64,000 nt of DNA from Eledone cirrhosa (taxonomy: Eukaryota). The notes under the pieces were generated by a model. That model saw only the letters and a program-made list of their open reading frames with translations, made no database searches and was not told where the DNA came from. Positions 38,641 through 52,490 of this stretch are shown here, in pieces (position 1 is the first letter of the stretch; each line of letters opens with the position of its first letter). The stretch spans positions 10,664,001 through 10,728,000 of the forward strand of contig OZ024745.1 in the NCBI GenBank assembly GCA_964016885.1. Reading direction: 5' to 3'. The translations under genes were made by a program, and so were the position numbers.

Positions 38641-40659
38641 GTGACACAGTTTGAAAGGAAGTTAATAGTTGAGTATCTGTTGTAGAGACTGACAGTTTGA
38701 AAGGAAGTTAATAGTTGAGTATCTGTTGTAGAGAGTGACACAGTTTGAAAGGAAGTTAATAATTGAGTATCTCTTGTAGAGAGTGATACAGTTTGAAAGG
38801 TAATATTTGAGTATCTATTGTAGAGAGTGATACACTTTGAAAGGATGTTAATAGTTTAGTATCTGTTGTAGAGAGTGACACAGTTTGAGAGAAGGGTAAT
38901 AGTTGAGTATCTGTTATAGAGAGTGACACAGTTTGAAAGGAGGTTAATAGTTGAGTATCTGTTGTAGAGAGTGACACAGTTTGAAAGGAAGTTAATAGTT
39001 GAGTATCTATTGTAGAGAGTTACACAGTTTGAAAGGAGGTTAATAGTTGAGTATCTGTTGTAGAGAGTGATACAGTTTGAAACGAAGGTAATATTTGAGT
39101 ATCTGTTGTAGAGAGTGAAACAGTTTGAAAGGAAGGTAATACTTGAGTATCTATTGTAGAGAGTGATACAGTTTGAAAGGAAGTTAATAGTTGAGTATCT
39201 ATTGTAGAGAGTGACACAGTCTGAAAGCAAGGTAATAGTTGAGTATCTGTTGTAGAGAGTGACACAGTTTGAAAGGAAGGTAATAGTTGAGTATCTATTG
39301 TAGAGAGTGATACAGTTTGAAAGGAAGGTAATAGTTGAGTATCTGTTGTAGAGAGTGACACAGTTTGAAAGGAGGTTAATAGTTGAGTATCTGTTGTAGA
39401 GAGTGACACAGTTTCAAAGGAAGTTAATAGTTGAGTATCTGTTGTAGAGAGTGACAGTTTGAAAGGAAGTTAATAGTTGAGTATCTGTTGTAGAGAGAGA
39501 CAGTTTGAAAGGAAGTTAATAGTTGAGTATCTGTTGTAGAGAGCGACACAATTTGAAAGGAAGTTAATAGTTGAGTATCTGTTGTAGAGAGTGACACAGT
39601 TTGAAAGGAAGGTATTAGTTGAGTATCTGTTGTAGAGAGTGACACAGTTTGAAAGGAAGTTAATAGTTGAGTATCTGTTGTAGAGAGTGACACAGTTTGA
39701 AAGGAAGGTAATAGTGAGTATCTATAGTAGAGAGTGACAGTTTGAAAGGAAGTTAATAGTTGAGTATCTATTGTAGAGAGTGACACAATTTGAAAGGAAG
39801 TTAATAGTGGAGTATCTGTTGTAGAGAGTGGCAGTTTGAAAGCAAGGTAATAGTTGACTATCTATTGTAGAGAGTGATACAGTTTGAAAGGAAGTTAATA
39901 GTTGAGTATCCGTTGTAGAGAGTGACACAGTTTGAAAGGAAGGTAATAGTTGAGTATCTGTTGTAGAGAGTGACAGTTTGAAAGGAAGGTAATAGTTGAG
40001 TATCTGTTGTAGAGAGTTACACAGTTTGAAAGGAAGGTAATAGTTGAGTATCTGTTGTAGAGAGTGATACAGTTTGAAAGGAAGGTAATAGTTGAGTATC
40101 TGTTGTAGAGAGTGATACAGTTTGAAAGGAAGGTAATAGTTGAGTATCTGTTGTAGAGAGTGACACAGTTTGAAAGGAAGGTAATAGTTGAGTATCTATT
40201 GTAGAGAGTAAAACAGTTTGAAAGGAAGTTAATAGTGGAGTATCTGTTGTAGAGAGTGGCAGTTTGAAAGAAAGGTAATAATTGAGTATCTGTTGTAGAG
40301 AGTGATACAGTTTGAAAGGAAGGTAATAGTTGAGTATCTGTTGTAGAGAGTGACACAGTTTGAAAGGAAGGTAATAGTTGAGTATCTGTTGTAGAGAGTG
40401 ACACAATTTGAAAGGAAGGTAATACTTGAGTATCTGTCGTAGCGAGTGTCACAGTTTGAAAGGAGGTTAATAGTTGAGTATCTGTTGTACAGAGTTACAC
40501 AGTTTGAAAGGAAGTTAATTGTTGAGTATCTGTTGTAGAGAGTGATACAGTTTGAAAGGAAGGTAATAGATGAGTATGTGTTGTAGAGTGACACAGTTCT
40601 AAAAGAGATTAATAGTTGAGTATCTGTTGTAGAGAATGAAACAGTTTGAAAGGAAGGTA

Positions 40660-43600
40660 ATAGTTGAGTATCTGTTATAGAGAGTGACACAGTTTGAGAG
40701 AAGGGTAATAGCTGAGTATCTGTTGTAGAGAGTGACACAGTTTGAAAGGAAGTTAATAGTTGAGTATCTATTGTAGAGAGTTACACAGTTTGAAAGGAGG
40801 TTAATAGTTGAGTATCTGTTGTAGAGAGTGATACAGTTTGAAACGAAGGTAATATTTGAGTATCTGTTGTAGAGAGTGAAACAGTTTGAAAGGAAGGTAA
40901 TACTTGAGTATCTATTGTAGAGAGTGATACAGTTTGAAAGGAAGTTAATAGTTGAGTATCTATTGTAGAGAGTGACACAGTTTGAAAACAAGGTAATAGT
41001 TGAGTATCTGTTGTAGAGAGTGACACAGTTTGAAAGGAAGGTAATAGTTGAGTATCTATTGTAGAGAGTGATACAGTTTGAAAGGAAGGTAATAGTTGAG
41101 TATCTGTTGTAGAGAGTGACACAGTTTGAAAGGAGGTTAATAGTTGAGTATCGGTTGTAGAGAGTGACACAGTTTCAAAGGAAGTTAATAGTTGAGTATC
41201 TGTTGTAGAGAGTGACAGTTTGAAAGGAAGTTAATAGTTGAGTATCTGTTGTAGAGAGAGACAGTTTGAAAGGAAGTTAATAGTTGAGTATCTGTTGTAG
41301 AGAGCGACACAATTTGAAAGGAAGTTAATAGTTGAGTATCTGTTGTAGAGAGTGACACAGTTTGAAAGGAAGGTATTAGTTGAGTATCTGTTGTAGAGAG
41401 TGACACAGTTTGAAAGGAAGTTAATAGTAGAATATCTGTTGTAGAGAGTGACACAGTTTGAAAGGAAGGTAATAGTTGAGTATCTATAGTAGAGAGTGAC
41501 AGTTTGAAAGGAAGTTAATAGTTGAGTATCTATTGTAGAGAGTGACACAATTTGAAAGGAAGTTAATAGTGGAGTATCTGTTGTAGAGAGTGGCAGTTTG
41601 AAAGAAAGGTAATAGTTGACTATCTATTGTAGAGAGTGATACAGTTTGAAAGGAACTTAATAGTTGAGTATCCGTTGTAGAGAGTGACACAGTTTGAAAG
41701 GAAGGTAATAGTTGAGTATCTGTTGTAGAGAGTGATACAGTTTGAAAGGAAGGTAATAGTTGAGTATATGTTGTAGAGAGTGATACAGTTTGAAAGGAAG
41801 GTAATAGTTGAGTATCTGTTGTAGAGAGTGACACAGTTTGAAAGGAAGGTAATAGTTGAGTATCTATTGTAGAGAGTGACACAGTTTGAAAGGAAGTTAA
41901 TAGTTGAGTATCTGTTGTAGAGAGTGATGCAGTTTGAAAGGAAGGTAATAGTTGACTATCTATTGTAGAGAGTGATACAGTTTGAAAGGAACTTAATAGT
42001 TGAGTATCTGTTGTAGAGAGTGACACAGTTTGAAAGGAAGGTAATAGTTGAGTATATGTTGTAGAGAGTGATACAGTTTGAAAGGAAGGTAATAGTTGAG
42101 TATATGTTGTAGAGAGTGATACAGTTTGAAAGGAAGGTAATAGTTGAGTATCTGTTGTAGAGAGTGACACAGTTTGAAAGGAAGGTAATAGTTGAGTATC
42201 TATTGTAGAGAGTGACACAGTTTGAAAGGAAGTTAATAGTGGTGTATCTGTTGTAGAGAGTGGCAGTTTGAAAGAAAGGTAATAGTTGACTATCTATTGT
42301 AGAGAGTGACACAGTCTGAAAGGAAGGTAATAGTTGAGTATCTGTTGTAGAGAGTGACACAGTTTGAAAGAAGGGTAATATTTGAGTATCTGTTATAGAG
42401 AGTGACACAGTTTGAAAGGAAGTTAATAGTTGAGTATCTGTTGTAGAGAGTGACACAGTTTGAAAGGAAGGTAATACTTGAGTATCTGTTGTAGAGAGTG
42501 ATACAGTTTGAAAGGAAGGTAATAGTTGAGTATCTGTTATAGAGAGTGACACAGTTTGAGAGAAGGGTAATAGTAGAGTATCTGTTGTAGAGAGTGACAC
42601 AGTTTGAAAGGATGTTAATAGTTGAGTATCTATTGTAGAGAGTTACACAGTTTGAAAGGAGGTTAATAGTTGAGTATCTGTTGTAGAGAGTGATACAGTT
42701 TGAAACGAAGGTAATATTTGAGTATCTGTTGTAGAGAGTGAAACAGTTTGAAAGGAAGGTAATACTTGAGTATCTATTGTAGAGAGTGATACAGTTTGAA
42801 AGGAAGTTAATAGCTGAGTATCTATTGTAGAGAGTGACACAGTTTGAAAACAAGGTAATAGTTGAGTATCTGTTGTAGAGAGTGACACAGTTTGAAAGGA
42901 AGGTAATAGTTGAGTATCTATTGTAGAGAGTGATACAGTTTGAAAGGAAGGTAATAGTTGAGTATCTGTTGTAGAGAGTGACACAGTTTGAAAGGGGGAT
43001 AATAGTTGAGTATCTGTTGTAGAGAGTGACACAGTTTCAAAGGAAGTTAATAGTTGAGTATCTGTTGTAGAGAGTGACAGTTTGAAAGGAAGTTAATAGT
43101 TGAGTATCTGTTGTAGAGAGCGACACAATTTGAAAGGAAGTTAATAGTTGAGTATCTGTTGTAGAGAGTGACACAGTTTGAAAGGAAGGTATTAGTTGAG
43201 TATCTGTTGTAGAGAGTGACACAGTTTGAAAGGAAGTTAATAGTTGAGTATCTGTTGTAGAGAGTGACACAGTTTGAAAGGAAAGTAATAGTTGAGTATC
43301 TATAGTAGAGAGTGACAGTTTGAAAGGTAGTTAATAGTTGAGTATCTATTGTAGAGAGTGACACAATTTGAAAGGAAGTTAATAGTGGAGTATCTGTTGT
43401 AGAGAGTGGCAGTTTGAAAGAAAGGTAATAGTTGACTATCTATTGTAGAGAGTGATACAGTTTGAAAGGAAGTTAATAGTTGAGTATCCGTTGTAGAGAG
43501 TGACACAGTTTGAAAGGAAGGTAATAGTTGAGTATCTGTTGTAGAGAGTGATGCAGTTTGAAAGGAAGGTAATAGTTGAGTATCTGTTGTAGAGAGTGAT

Positions 43601-46600
43601 ACAGTTTGAAAGGAAGGTAATAGTTGAGTATATGTTGTAGAGAGTGATACAGTTTGAAAGGAAGGTAATAGTTGAGTATCTGTTGTAGAGAGTGACACAG
43701 TTTGAAAGGAAGGTAATAGTTGAGTATCTATTGTAGAGAGTGACAGTTTGAAAGGAAGTTAATAGTGGTGTATCTGTTGTAGAGAGTGGCAGTTTGAAAG
43801 AAAGGTAATAGTTGACTATCTATTGTAGAGAGTGATACAGTTTGAAAGGAAGTTAATAGTTGAGTATCTTTTGTAGAGAGTGACACAGTTTGAAAGGAAG
43901 GTAATAATTGAGTATCTGTTGTAGAGAGTGACAGTTTGAAAGGAAGGTAATAGTTGAGTATCTGTTGTAGAGAGTTACACAGTTTGAAAGGAAGGTAATA
44001 GTTGAGTATCTGTTGTAGAGAGTGATGCAGCTTGAAAGGAAGGTAATAGTTGAGTATCTGTTGTAGAGAGTGATACAGTTTGAAAGGAAGGTAATAGTTG
44101 AGTATCTGTTGTAGAGAGTGATACAGTTTGAGAGAAGGGTAATAGTAGAGTATCTGTTGTAGAGAGTGACACAGTTAGGAAGGGAGGTAATAGTTGAGTA
44201 TCTGTTGTAGAGAGTGATACAGTTTGAAAGGAAGGTAATAGTTGAGTATTTGTTGTAGAGAGTGATACAGTTTGAAAGGAAGTTAATTGTTGAGTATCTA
44301 TTGTAGAGAGTGACACAGTTTGAAAGAAGGGTAATAGTTGAGTATCTGTTGTAGAGAGTGACACAGTTTGAAAGGAGGGTAATTGTTGAGTAGTTATTGT
44401 AGAGAGTGACACAGTTTGAAAGAAAGGTAATATTTGAGTATCTATTGTAGAGAGTTACACAGTTTGAAAGGAGGTTAATAGTTGAGTATCTGTTGTAGAG
44501 AGTAAAACAGTTTGAAAGGAAGGTAATAGTTGAGTATCTGTTGTAGAGAGTGATACAGTTTGAAAAGAAGGTAATAGTTGAGTATCTGTTGTAGAGAGTG
44601 TCACAGTTTGAAAGGAAGGTAATAGTTGAGTATCTGTTGTAGAGAGTGACACAATTTGAAAGGAAGGTAATAGTTGAGTATCTGTCGTAGCGAGTGTCAC
44701 AGTTTGAAAGGAGGTTAATAGTTGAGTATCTGTTGTAGAGAGTTACACAGTTTGAAAGGATGTTAATAGTTTAGTATCTGTTGTAGAGAGTGACACAGTT
44801 TGAAAGGAAGTTAATAGTTGAGTATCTGTTGTAGAGTGTGACAGTTTGAAAGGAAGTTAATAGTTGAGTATCTGTTGTAGAGAGTGACACAGTTTCAAAG
44901 GAAGTTAATAGTTGAGTATCTGTTGTAGAGTGTGACAGTTTGAAAGGAAGGTAATAGTTGAGTATCTGTTGTAGAGAGAGACAGTTTGAAAGGAAGTTAA
45001 TAGTTGAGTATCTGTTGTAGAGAGTGACACAGTTTGAAAGGAAGTTAATAGTTGAGTATCTGTTGTAGAGAATGACACAGTTTGAAAGGAAGGTATTAGT
45101 TGAGTATCTGTTGTAGAGAGAGACAGTTTGAAAGGAAGTTAATAGTTGAGTATCTGTTGTAGAGAGTGACACAGTTTGAAAGGAAGTTAATAGTTGAGTA
45201 TCTGTTGTAGAGAATGACACAGTTTGAAAGGAAGGTATTAGTTGAGTATCTGTTGTAGAGAGTGACACAGTTTGAAAGGAAGTTAATAGTTGAGTATCTG
45301 TTGTAGAGAGTGACACAGTTTGAAAGGAAGGTAATAGTTGAGTATCTATAGTAGAGAGTGACAGTTTGAAAGGAAGTTAATAGTTGAGTATCTATTGTAG
45401 AGAGTGACACAGTTTGAAAGGAAGTTAATAGTGGAGTATCTGTTGTAGAGAGTGGCAGTTTGAAAGAAAGCTAATAGTTGACGATCTATTGTAGAGAGTG
45501 ATACAGTTTGAAAGCAATTTAATAGTTGAGTATCCGTTATAGAGAGTGACACAGTTTGAAAGGAAGGTAATAGTTGAGTATCTGTTGTAGAGAGTGACAG
45601 TTTGAAAGGAAGGTAATAGTTGAGTATCTGTTGTAGAGAGTTACACAGTTTGAAAGGAAGGTAATAGTGGAGTATCTGTTGTAGAGAGTGGCAGTTTGAA
45701 AGAAAGGTAATAGTTGACTATCTATTGTAGAGAGTGATACAGTTTGAAAGGAAGATAATAGTTGAGTATCTGTTGTAGAGACTGACACAGTTTGAAAGGA
45801 AGGTAATAGTTGAGTATCTATTGTAGAGAGTGACACAGTTTGAAAGGAAGGTATTAGTTGAGTATCTATTGTAGAGAGTGACACAGTTTGAAAGGAAGTT
45901 AATAGTTGAGTATCTGTTGTAGAGAGTGACACAGTTTGAAAAGGAGGTAATAGTTGAGTATCTGTTGTAGAGAGTGATACAGTTTGAAAGGAAGGTAATA
46001 GTTGAGTATTTGTTGTAGAGAGTGATACAGTTTGAAAGGAAGTTAATTGTTGAGTATCTATTGTAGAGTGTGACACAGTTTGAAAGAAGGGTAATAGTTG
46101 AGTATCTGTTGTAGAGAGTGACACATTTTGAAAGGAGGGTAATTGTTGAGTAGTTATTGTAGAGAGTGACACAGTTTGAAAGAAAGGTAATATTTGATTA
46201 TCTATTGTAGAGAGTTACACAGTTTGAAAGGAGGTTAATAGTTGAGTATCTGTTGTAGAGAGTGACACAGTTTGAAAGGAAGGTAATAGTTGAGTATCTG
46301 TTGTAGAGAGTGATACAGTTTGAAAGGAAGGAAATAGTTGAGTATCTGTTGTAGAGAGTGACACAGTTTGAAAGGAAGGTAATAGTTGAGTATCTGTTGT
46401 AGAGAGTGACACAATTTGAAAGGAAGGTAATAGTTGAGTATCTGTCGTAGCGAGTGTCACAGTTTGAAAGGAAGTTAATTGTTGAGTATCTGTTGTAGAG
46501 AGTGATACAGTTTGAAAGGAAGGTAATAGATGTGTATCTGTTGTAGAGAGTGACACAGTTCTAAAAGAGATTAATAGTTGAGTATCTGTTATAGAGAGTG

Positions 46601-49600
46601 ACACAGTTTGAGAGAAGGGTAATAGCTGAGTATCTGTTGTAGAGAGTGACACAGTTTGAAAGGAAGTTAATAGTTGAGTATCTATTGTAGAGAGTTACAC
46701 AGTTTGAAAGGAGGTTAATAGTTGAGTATCTGTTGTAGAGAGTGATACAGTTTGAAACGAAGGTAATATTTGAGTATCTGTTGTAGAGAGTGAAACAGTT
46801 TGAAAGGAAGGTAATACTTGAGTATCTATTGTAAAGAGTGATACAGTTTGAAAGGAAGTTAATAGTTGAGTATCTATTGTAGAGAGTGACACAGTTTGAA
46901 AACAAGGTAATAGTTGAGTATCTGTTGTAGAGAGTGACACAGTTTGAAAGGAAGGTAATAGTTGAGTATCTATTGTAGAGAGTGATACAGTTTGAAAGGA
47001 AGGTAATAGTTGAGTATCTGTTGTAGAGAGTGACACAGTTTGAAAGGAGGTTAATAGTTGAGTATCTGTTGTAGAGAGTGACACAGTTTCAAAGGAAGTT
47101 AATAGTTGAGTATCTGTTGTAGAGAGTGACAGTTTGAAAGGAAGTTAATAGTTGAGTATCTGTTGTAGAGAGAGACAGTTTGAAAGGAAGTTAATAGTTG
47201 AGTATCTGTTGTAGAGAGCGACACAATTTGAAAGGAAGTTAATAGTTGAGTATCTGTTGTAGAGAGTGACACAGTTTGAAAGGAAGGTATTAGTTGAGTA
47301 TCTGTTGTAGAGAGTGACACAGTTTGAAAGGAAGTTAATAGTAGAATATCTGTTGTAGAGAGTGACACAGTTTGAAAGGAAGGTAATAGTTGAGTATCTA
47401 TAGTAGAGAGTGACAGTTTGAAAGGAAGTTAATAGTTGAGTATCTATTGTAGAGAGTGACACAATTTGAAAGGAAGTTAATAGTGGAGTATCTGTTGTAG
47501 AGAGTGGCAGTTTGAAAGAAAGGTAATAGTTGACTATCTATTGTAGAGAGTGATACAGTTTGAAAGGAACTTAATAGTTGAGTATCCGTTGTAGAGAGTG
47601 ACACAGTTTGAAAGGAAGGTAATAGTTGAGTATCTGTTGTAGAGAGTGATACAGTTTGAAAGGAAGGTAATAGTTGAGTATATGTTGTAGAGAGTGATAC
47701 AGTTTGAAAGGAAGGTAATAGTTGAGTATCTGTTGTAGAGAGTGACACAGTTTGAAAGGAAGGTAATAGTTGAGTATCTATTGTAGAGAGTGACACAGTT
47801 TGAAAGGAAGTTAATAGTTGAGTATCTGTTGTAGAGAGTGATGCAGTTTGAAAGGAAGGTAATAGTTGACTATCTATTGTAGAGAGTGATACAGTTTGAA
47901 AGGAACTTAATAGTTGAGTATCTGTTGTAGAGAGTGACACAGTTTGAAAGGAAGGTAATAGTTGAGTATATGTTGTAGAGAGTGATACAGTTTGAAAGGA
48001 AGGTAATAGTTGAGTATATGTTGTAGAGAGTGATACAGTTTGAAAGGAAGGTAATAGTTGAGTATCTGTTGTAGAGAGTGACACAGTTTGAAAGGAAGGT
48101 AATAGTTGAGTATCTATTGTAGAGAGTGACACAGTTTGAAAGGAAGTTAATAGTGGTGTATCTGTTGTAGAGAGTGGCAGTTTGAAAGAAAGGTAATAGT
48201 TGACTATCTATTGTAGAGAGTGACACAGTCTGAAAGGAAGGTAATAGTTGAGTATCTGTTGTAGAGAGTGACACAGTTTGAAAGAAGGGTAATATTTGAG
48301 TATCTGTTATAGAGAGTGACACAGTTTGAAAGGAAGTTAATAGTTGAGTATCTGTTGTAGAGAGTGACACAGTTTGAAAGGAAGGTAATACTTGAGTATC
48401 TGTTGTAGAGAGTGATACAGTTTGAAAGGAAGGTAATAGTTGAGTATCTGTTATAGAGAGTGACACAGTTTGAGAGAAGGGTAATAGTAGAGTATCTGTT
48501 GTAGAGAGTGACACAGTTTGAAAGGATGTTAATAGTTGAGTATCTATTGTAGAGAGTTACACAGTTTGAAAGGAGGTTAATAGTTGAGTATCTGTTGTAG
48601 AGAGTGATACAGTTTGAAACGAAGGTAATATTTGAGTATCTGTTGTAGAGAGTGAAACAGTTTGAAAGGAAGGTAATACTTGAGTATCTATTGTAGAGAG
48701 TGATACAGTTTGAAAGGAAGTTAATAGCTGAGTATCTATTGTAGAGAGTGACACAGTTTGAAAACAAGGTAATAGTTGAGTATCTGTTGTAGAGAGTGAC
48801 ACAGTTTGAAAGGAAGGTAATAGTTGAGTATCTATTGTAGAGAGTGATACAGTTTGAAAGGAAGGTAATAGTTGAGTATCTGTTGTAGAGAGTGACACAG
48901 TTTGAAAGGGGGATAATAGTTGAGTATCTGTTGTAGAGAGTGACACAGTTTCAAAGGAAGTTAATAGTTGAGTATCTGTTGTAGAGAGTGACAGTTTGAA
49001 AGGAAGTTAATAGTTGAGTATCTGTTGTAGAGAGCGACACAATTTGAAAGGAAGTTAATAGTTGAGTATCTGTTGTAGAGAGTGACACAGTTTGAAAGGA
49101 AGGTATTAGTTGAGTATCTGTTGTAGAGAGTGACACAGTTTGAAAGGAAGTTAATAGTTGAGTATCTGTTGTAGAGAGTGACACAGTTTGAAAGGAAAGT
49201 AATAGTTGAGTATCTATAGTAGAGAGTGACAGTTTGAAAGGTAGTTAATAGTTGAGTATCTATTGTAGAGAGTGACACAATTTGAAAGGAAGTTAATAGT
49301 GGAGTATCTGTTGTAGAGAGTGGCAGTTTGAAAGAAAGGTAATAGTTGACTATCTATTGTAGAGAGTGATACAGTTTGAAAGGAAGTTAATAGTTGAGTA
49401 TCCGTTGTAGAGAGTGACACAGTTTGAAAGGAAGGTAATAGTTGAGTATCTGTTGTAGAGAGTGATGCAGTTTGAAAGGAAGGTAATAGTTGAGTATCTG
49501 TTGTAGAGAGTGATACAGTTTGAAAGGAAGGTAATAGTTGAGTATATGTTGTAGAGAGTGATACAGTTTGAAAGGAAGGTAATAGTTGAGTATCTGTTGT

Positions 49601-52490
49601 AGAGAGTGACACAGTTTGAAAGGAAGGTAATAGTTGAGTATCTATTGTAGAGAGTGACAGTTTGAAAGGAAGTTAATAGTGGTGTATCTGTTGTAGAGAG
49701 TGGCAGTTTGAAAGAAAGGTAATAGTTGACTATCTATTGTAGAGAGTGATACAGTTTGAAAGGAAGTTAATAGTTGAGTATCTTTTGTAGAGAGTGACAC
49801 AGTTTGAAAGGAAGGTAATAATTGAGTATCTGTTGTAGAGAGTGACAGTTTGAAAGGAAGGTAATAGTTGAGTATCTGTTGTAGAGAGTTACACAGTTTG
49901 AAAGGAAGGTAATAGTTGAGTATCTGTTGTAGAGAGTGATGCAGCTTGAAAGGAAGGTAATAGTTGAGTATCTGTTGTAGAGAGTGATACAGTTTGAAAG
50001 GAAGGTAATAGTTGAGTATCTGTTGTAGAGAGTGATACAGTTTGAGAGAAGGGTAATAGTAGAGTATCTGTTGTAGAGAGTGACACAGTTAGGAAGGGAG
50101 GTAATAGTTGAGTATCTTTTGTAGAGAGTGATACAGTTTGAAAGGAAGGTAATAGTTGAGTATTTGTTGTAGAGAGTGATACAGTTTGAAAGGAAGTTAA
50201 TTGTTGAGTATCTATTGTAGAGAGTGACACAGTTTGAAAGAAGGGTAATAGTTGAGTATCTGTTGTAGAGAGTGACACAGTTTGAAAGGAGGGTAATTGT
50301 TGAGTAGTTATTGTAGAGAGTGACACAGTTTGAAAGAAAGGTAATATTTGAGTATCTATTGTAGAGAGTTACACAGTTTGAAAGGAGGTTAATAGTTGAG
50401 TATCTGTTGTAGAGAGTAAAACAGTTTGAAAGGAAGGTAATAGTTGAGTATCTGTTGTAGAGAGTGATACAGTTTGAAAAGAAGGTAATAGTTGAGTATC
50501 TGTTGTAGAGAGTGTCACAGTTTGAAAGGAAGGTAATAGTTGAGTATCTGTTGTAGAGAGTGACACAATTTGAAAGGAAGGTAATAGTTGAGTATCTGTC
50601 GTAGCGAGTGTCACAGTTTGAAAGGAGGTTAATAGTTGAGTATCTGTTGTAGAGAGTTACACAGTTTGAAAGGATGTTAATAGTTTAGTATCTGTTGTAG
50701 AGAGTGACACAGTTTGAAAGGAAGTTAATAGTTGAGTATCTGTTGTAGAGTGTGACAGTTTGAAAGGAAGTTAATAGTTGAGTATCTGTTGTAGAGAGTG
50801 ACACAGTTTCAAAGGAAGTTAATAGTTGAGTATCTGTTGTAGAGTGTGACAGTTTGAAAGGAAGGTAATAGTTGAGTATCTGTTGTAGAGAGAGACAGTT
50901 TGAAAGGAAGTTAATAGTTGAGTATCTGTTGTAGAGAGTGACACAGTTTGAAAGGAAGTTAATAGTTGAGTATCTGTTGTAGAGAATGACACAGTTTGAA
51001 AGGAAGGTATTAGTTGAGTATCTGTTGTAGAGAGAGACAGTTTGAAAGGAAGTTAATAGTTGAGTATCTGTTGTAGAGAGTGACACAGTTTGAAAGGAAG
51101 TTAATAGTTGAGTATCTGTTGTAGAGAATGACACAGTTTGAAAGGAAGGTATTAGTTGAGTATCTGTTGTAGAGAGTGACACAGTTTGAAAGGAAGTTAA
51201 TAGTTGAGTATCTGTTGTAGAGAGTGACACAGTTTGAAAGGAAGGTAATAGTTGAGTATCTATAGTAGAGAGTGACAGTTTGAAAGGAAGTTAATAGTTG
51301 AGTATCTATTGTAGAGAGTGACACAGTTTGAAAGGAAGTTAATAGTGGAGTATCTGTTGTAGAGAGTGGCAGTTTGAAAGAAAGCTAATAGTTGACGATC
51401 TATTGTAGAGAGTGATACAGTTTGAAAGCAATTTAATAGTTGAGTATCCGTTATAGAGAGTGACACAGTTTGAAAGGAAGGTAATAGTTGAGTATCTGTT
51501 GTAGAGAGTGACAGTTTGAAAGGAAGGTAATAGTTGAGTATCTGTTGTAGAGAGTTACACAGTTTGAAAGGAAGGTAATAGTGGAGTATCTGTTGTAGAG
51601 AGTGGCAGTTTGAAAGAAAGGTAATAGTTGACTATCTATTGTAGAGAGTGATACAGTTTGAAAGGAAGATAATAGTTGAGTATCTGTTGTAGAGACTGAC
51701 ACAGTTTGAAAGGAAGGTAATAGTTGAGTATCTATTGTAGAGAGTGACACAGTTTGAAAGGAAGGTATTAGTTGAGTATCTATTGTAGAGAGTGACACAG
51801 TTTGAAAGGAAGTTAATAGTTGAGTATCTGTTGTAGAGAGTGACACAGTTTGAAAAGGAGGTAATAGTTGAGTATCTGTTGTAGAGAGTGATACAGTTTG
51901 AAAGGAAGGTAATAGTTGAGTATTTGTTGTAGAGAGTGATACAGTTTGAAAGGAAGTTAATTGTTGAGTATCTATTGTAGAGTGTGACACAGTTTGAAAG
52001 AAGGGTAATAGTTGAGTATCTGTTGTAGAGAGTGACACATTTTGAAAGGAGGGTAATTGTTGAGTAGTTATTGTAGAGAGTGACACAGTTTGAAAGAAAG
52101 GTAATATTTGATTATCTATTGTAGAGAGTTACACAGTTTGAAAGGAGGTTAATAGTTGAGTATCTGTTGTAGAGAGTGACACAGTTTGAAAGGAAGGTAA
52201 TAGTTGAGTATCTGTTGTAGAGAGTGATACAGTTTGAAAGGAAGGAAATAGTTGAGTATCTGTTGTAGAGAGTGACACAGTTTGAAAGGAAGGTAATAGT
52301 TGAGTATCTGTTGTAGAGAGTGACACAATTTGAAAGGAAGGTAATAGTTGAGTATCTGTCGTAGCGAGTGTCACAGTTTGAAAGGAAGTTAATTGTTGAG
52401 TATCTGTTGTAGAGAGTGATACAGTTTGAAAGGAAGGTAATAGATGTGTATCTGTTGTAGAGAGTGACACAGTTCTAAAAGAGATTAATA
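40660..52490 (+). repeat. 5914-bp HOR, two tandem copies (junction ~46575)
   Basis: Anchors 40781/46695, 41185/47099, 41484/47398, 43975/49889, 45537/51451, 46215/52129 all have offset 5914. Confidence 0.92.

Larger units (their letters stand above)
24565..44330 (+). repeat. Copy 2 of the ~23-kb super-HOR
   Basis: Near-identical to 1-21047 apart from copy-number changes of internal HORs and a few isolated substitutions (e.g. near 30264, 32400, 36095, 41153). Confidence 0.93.
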
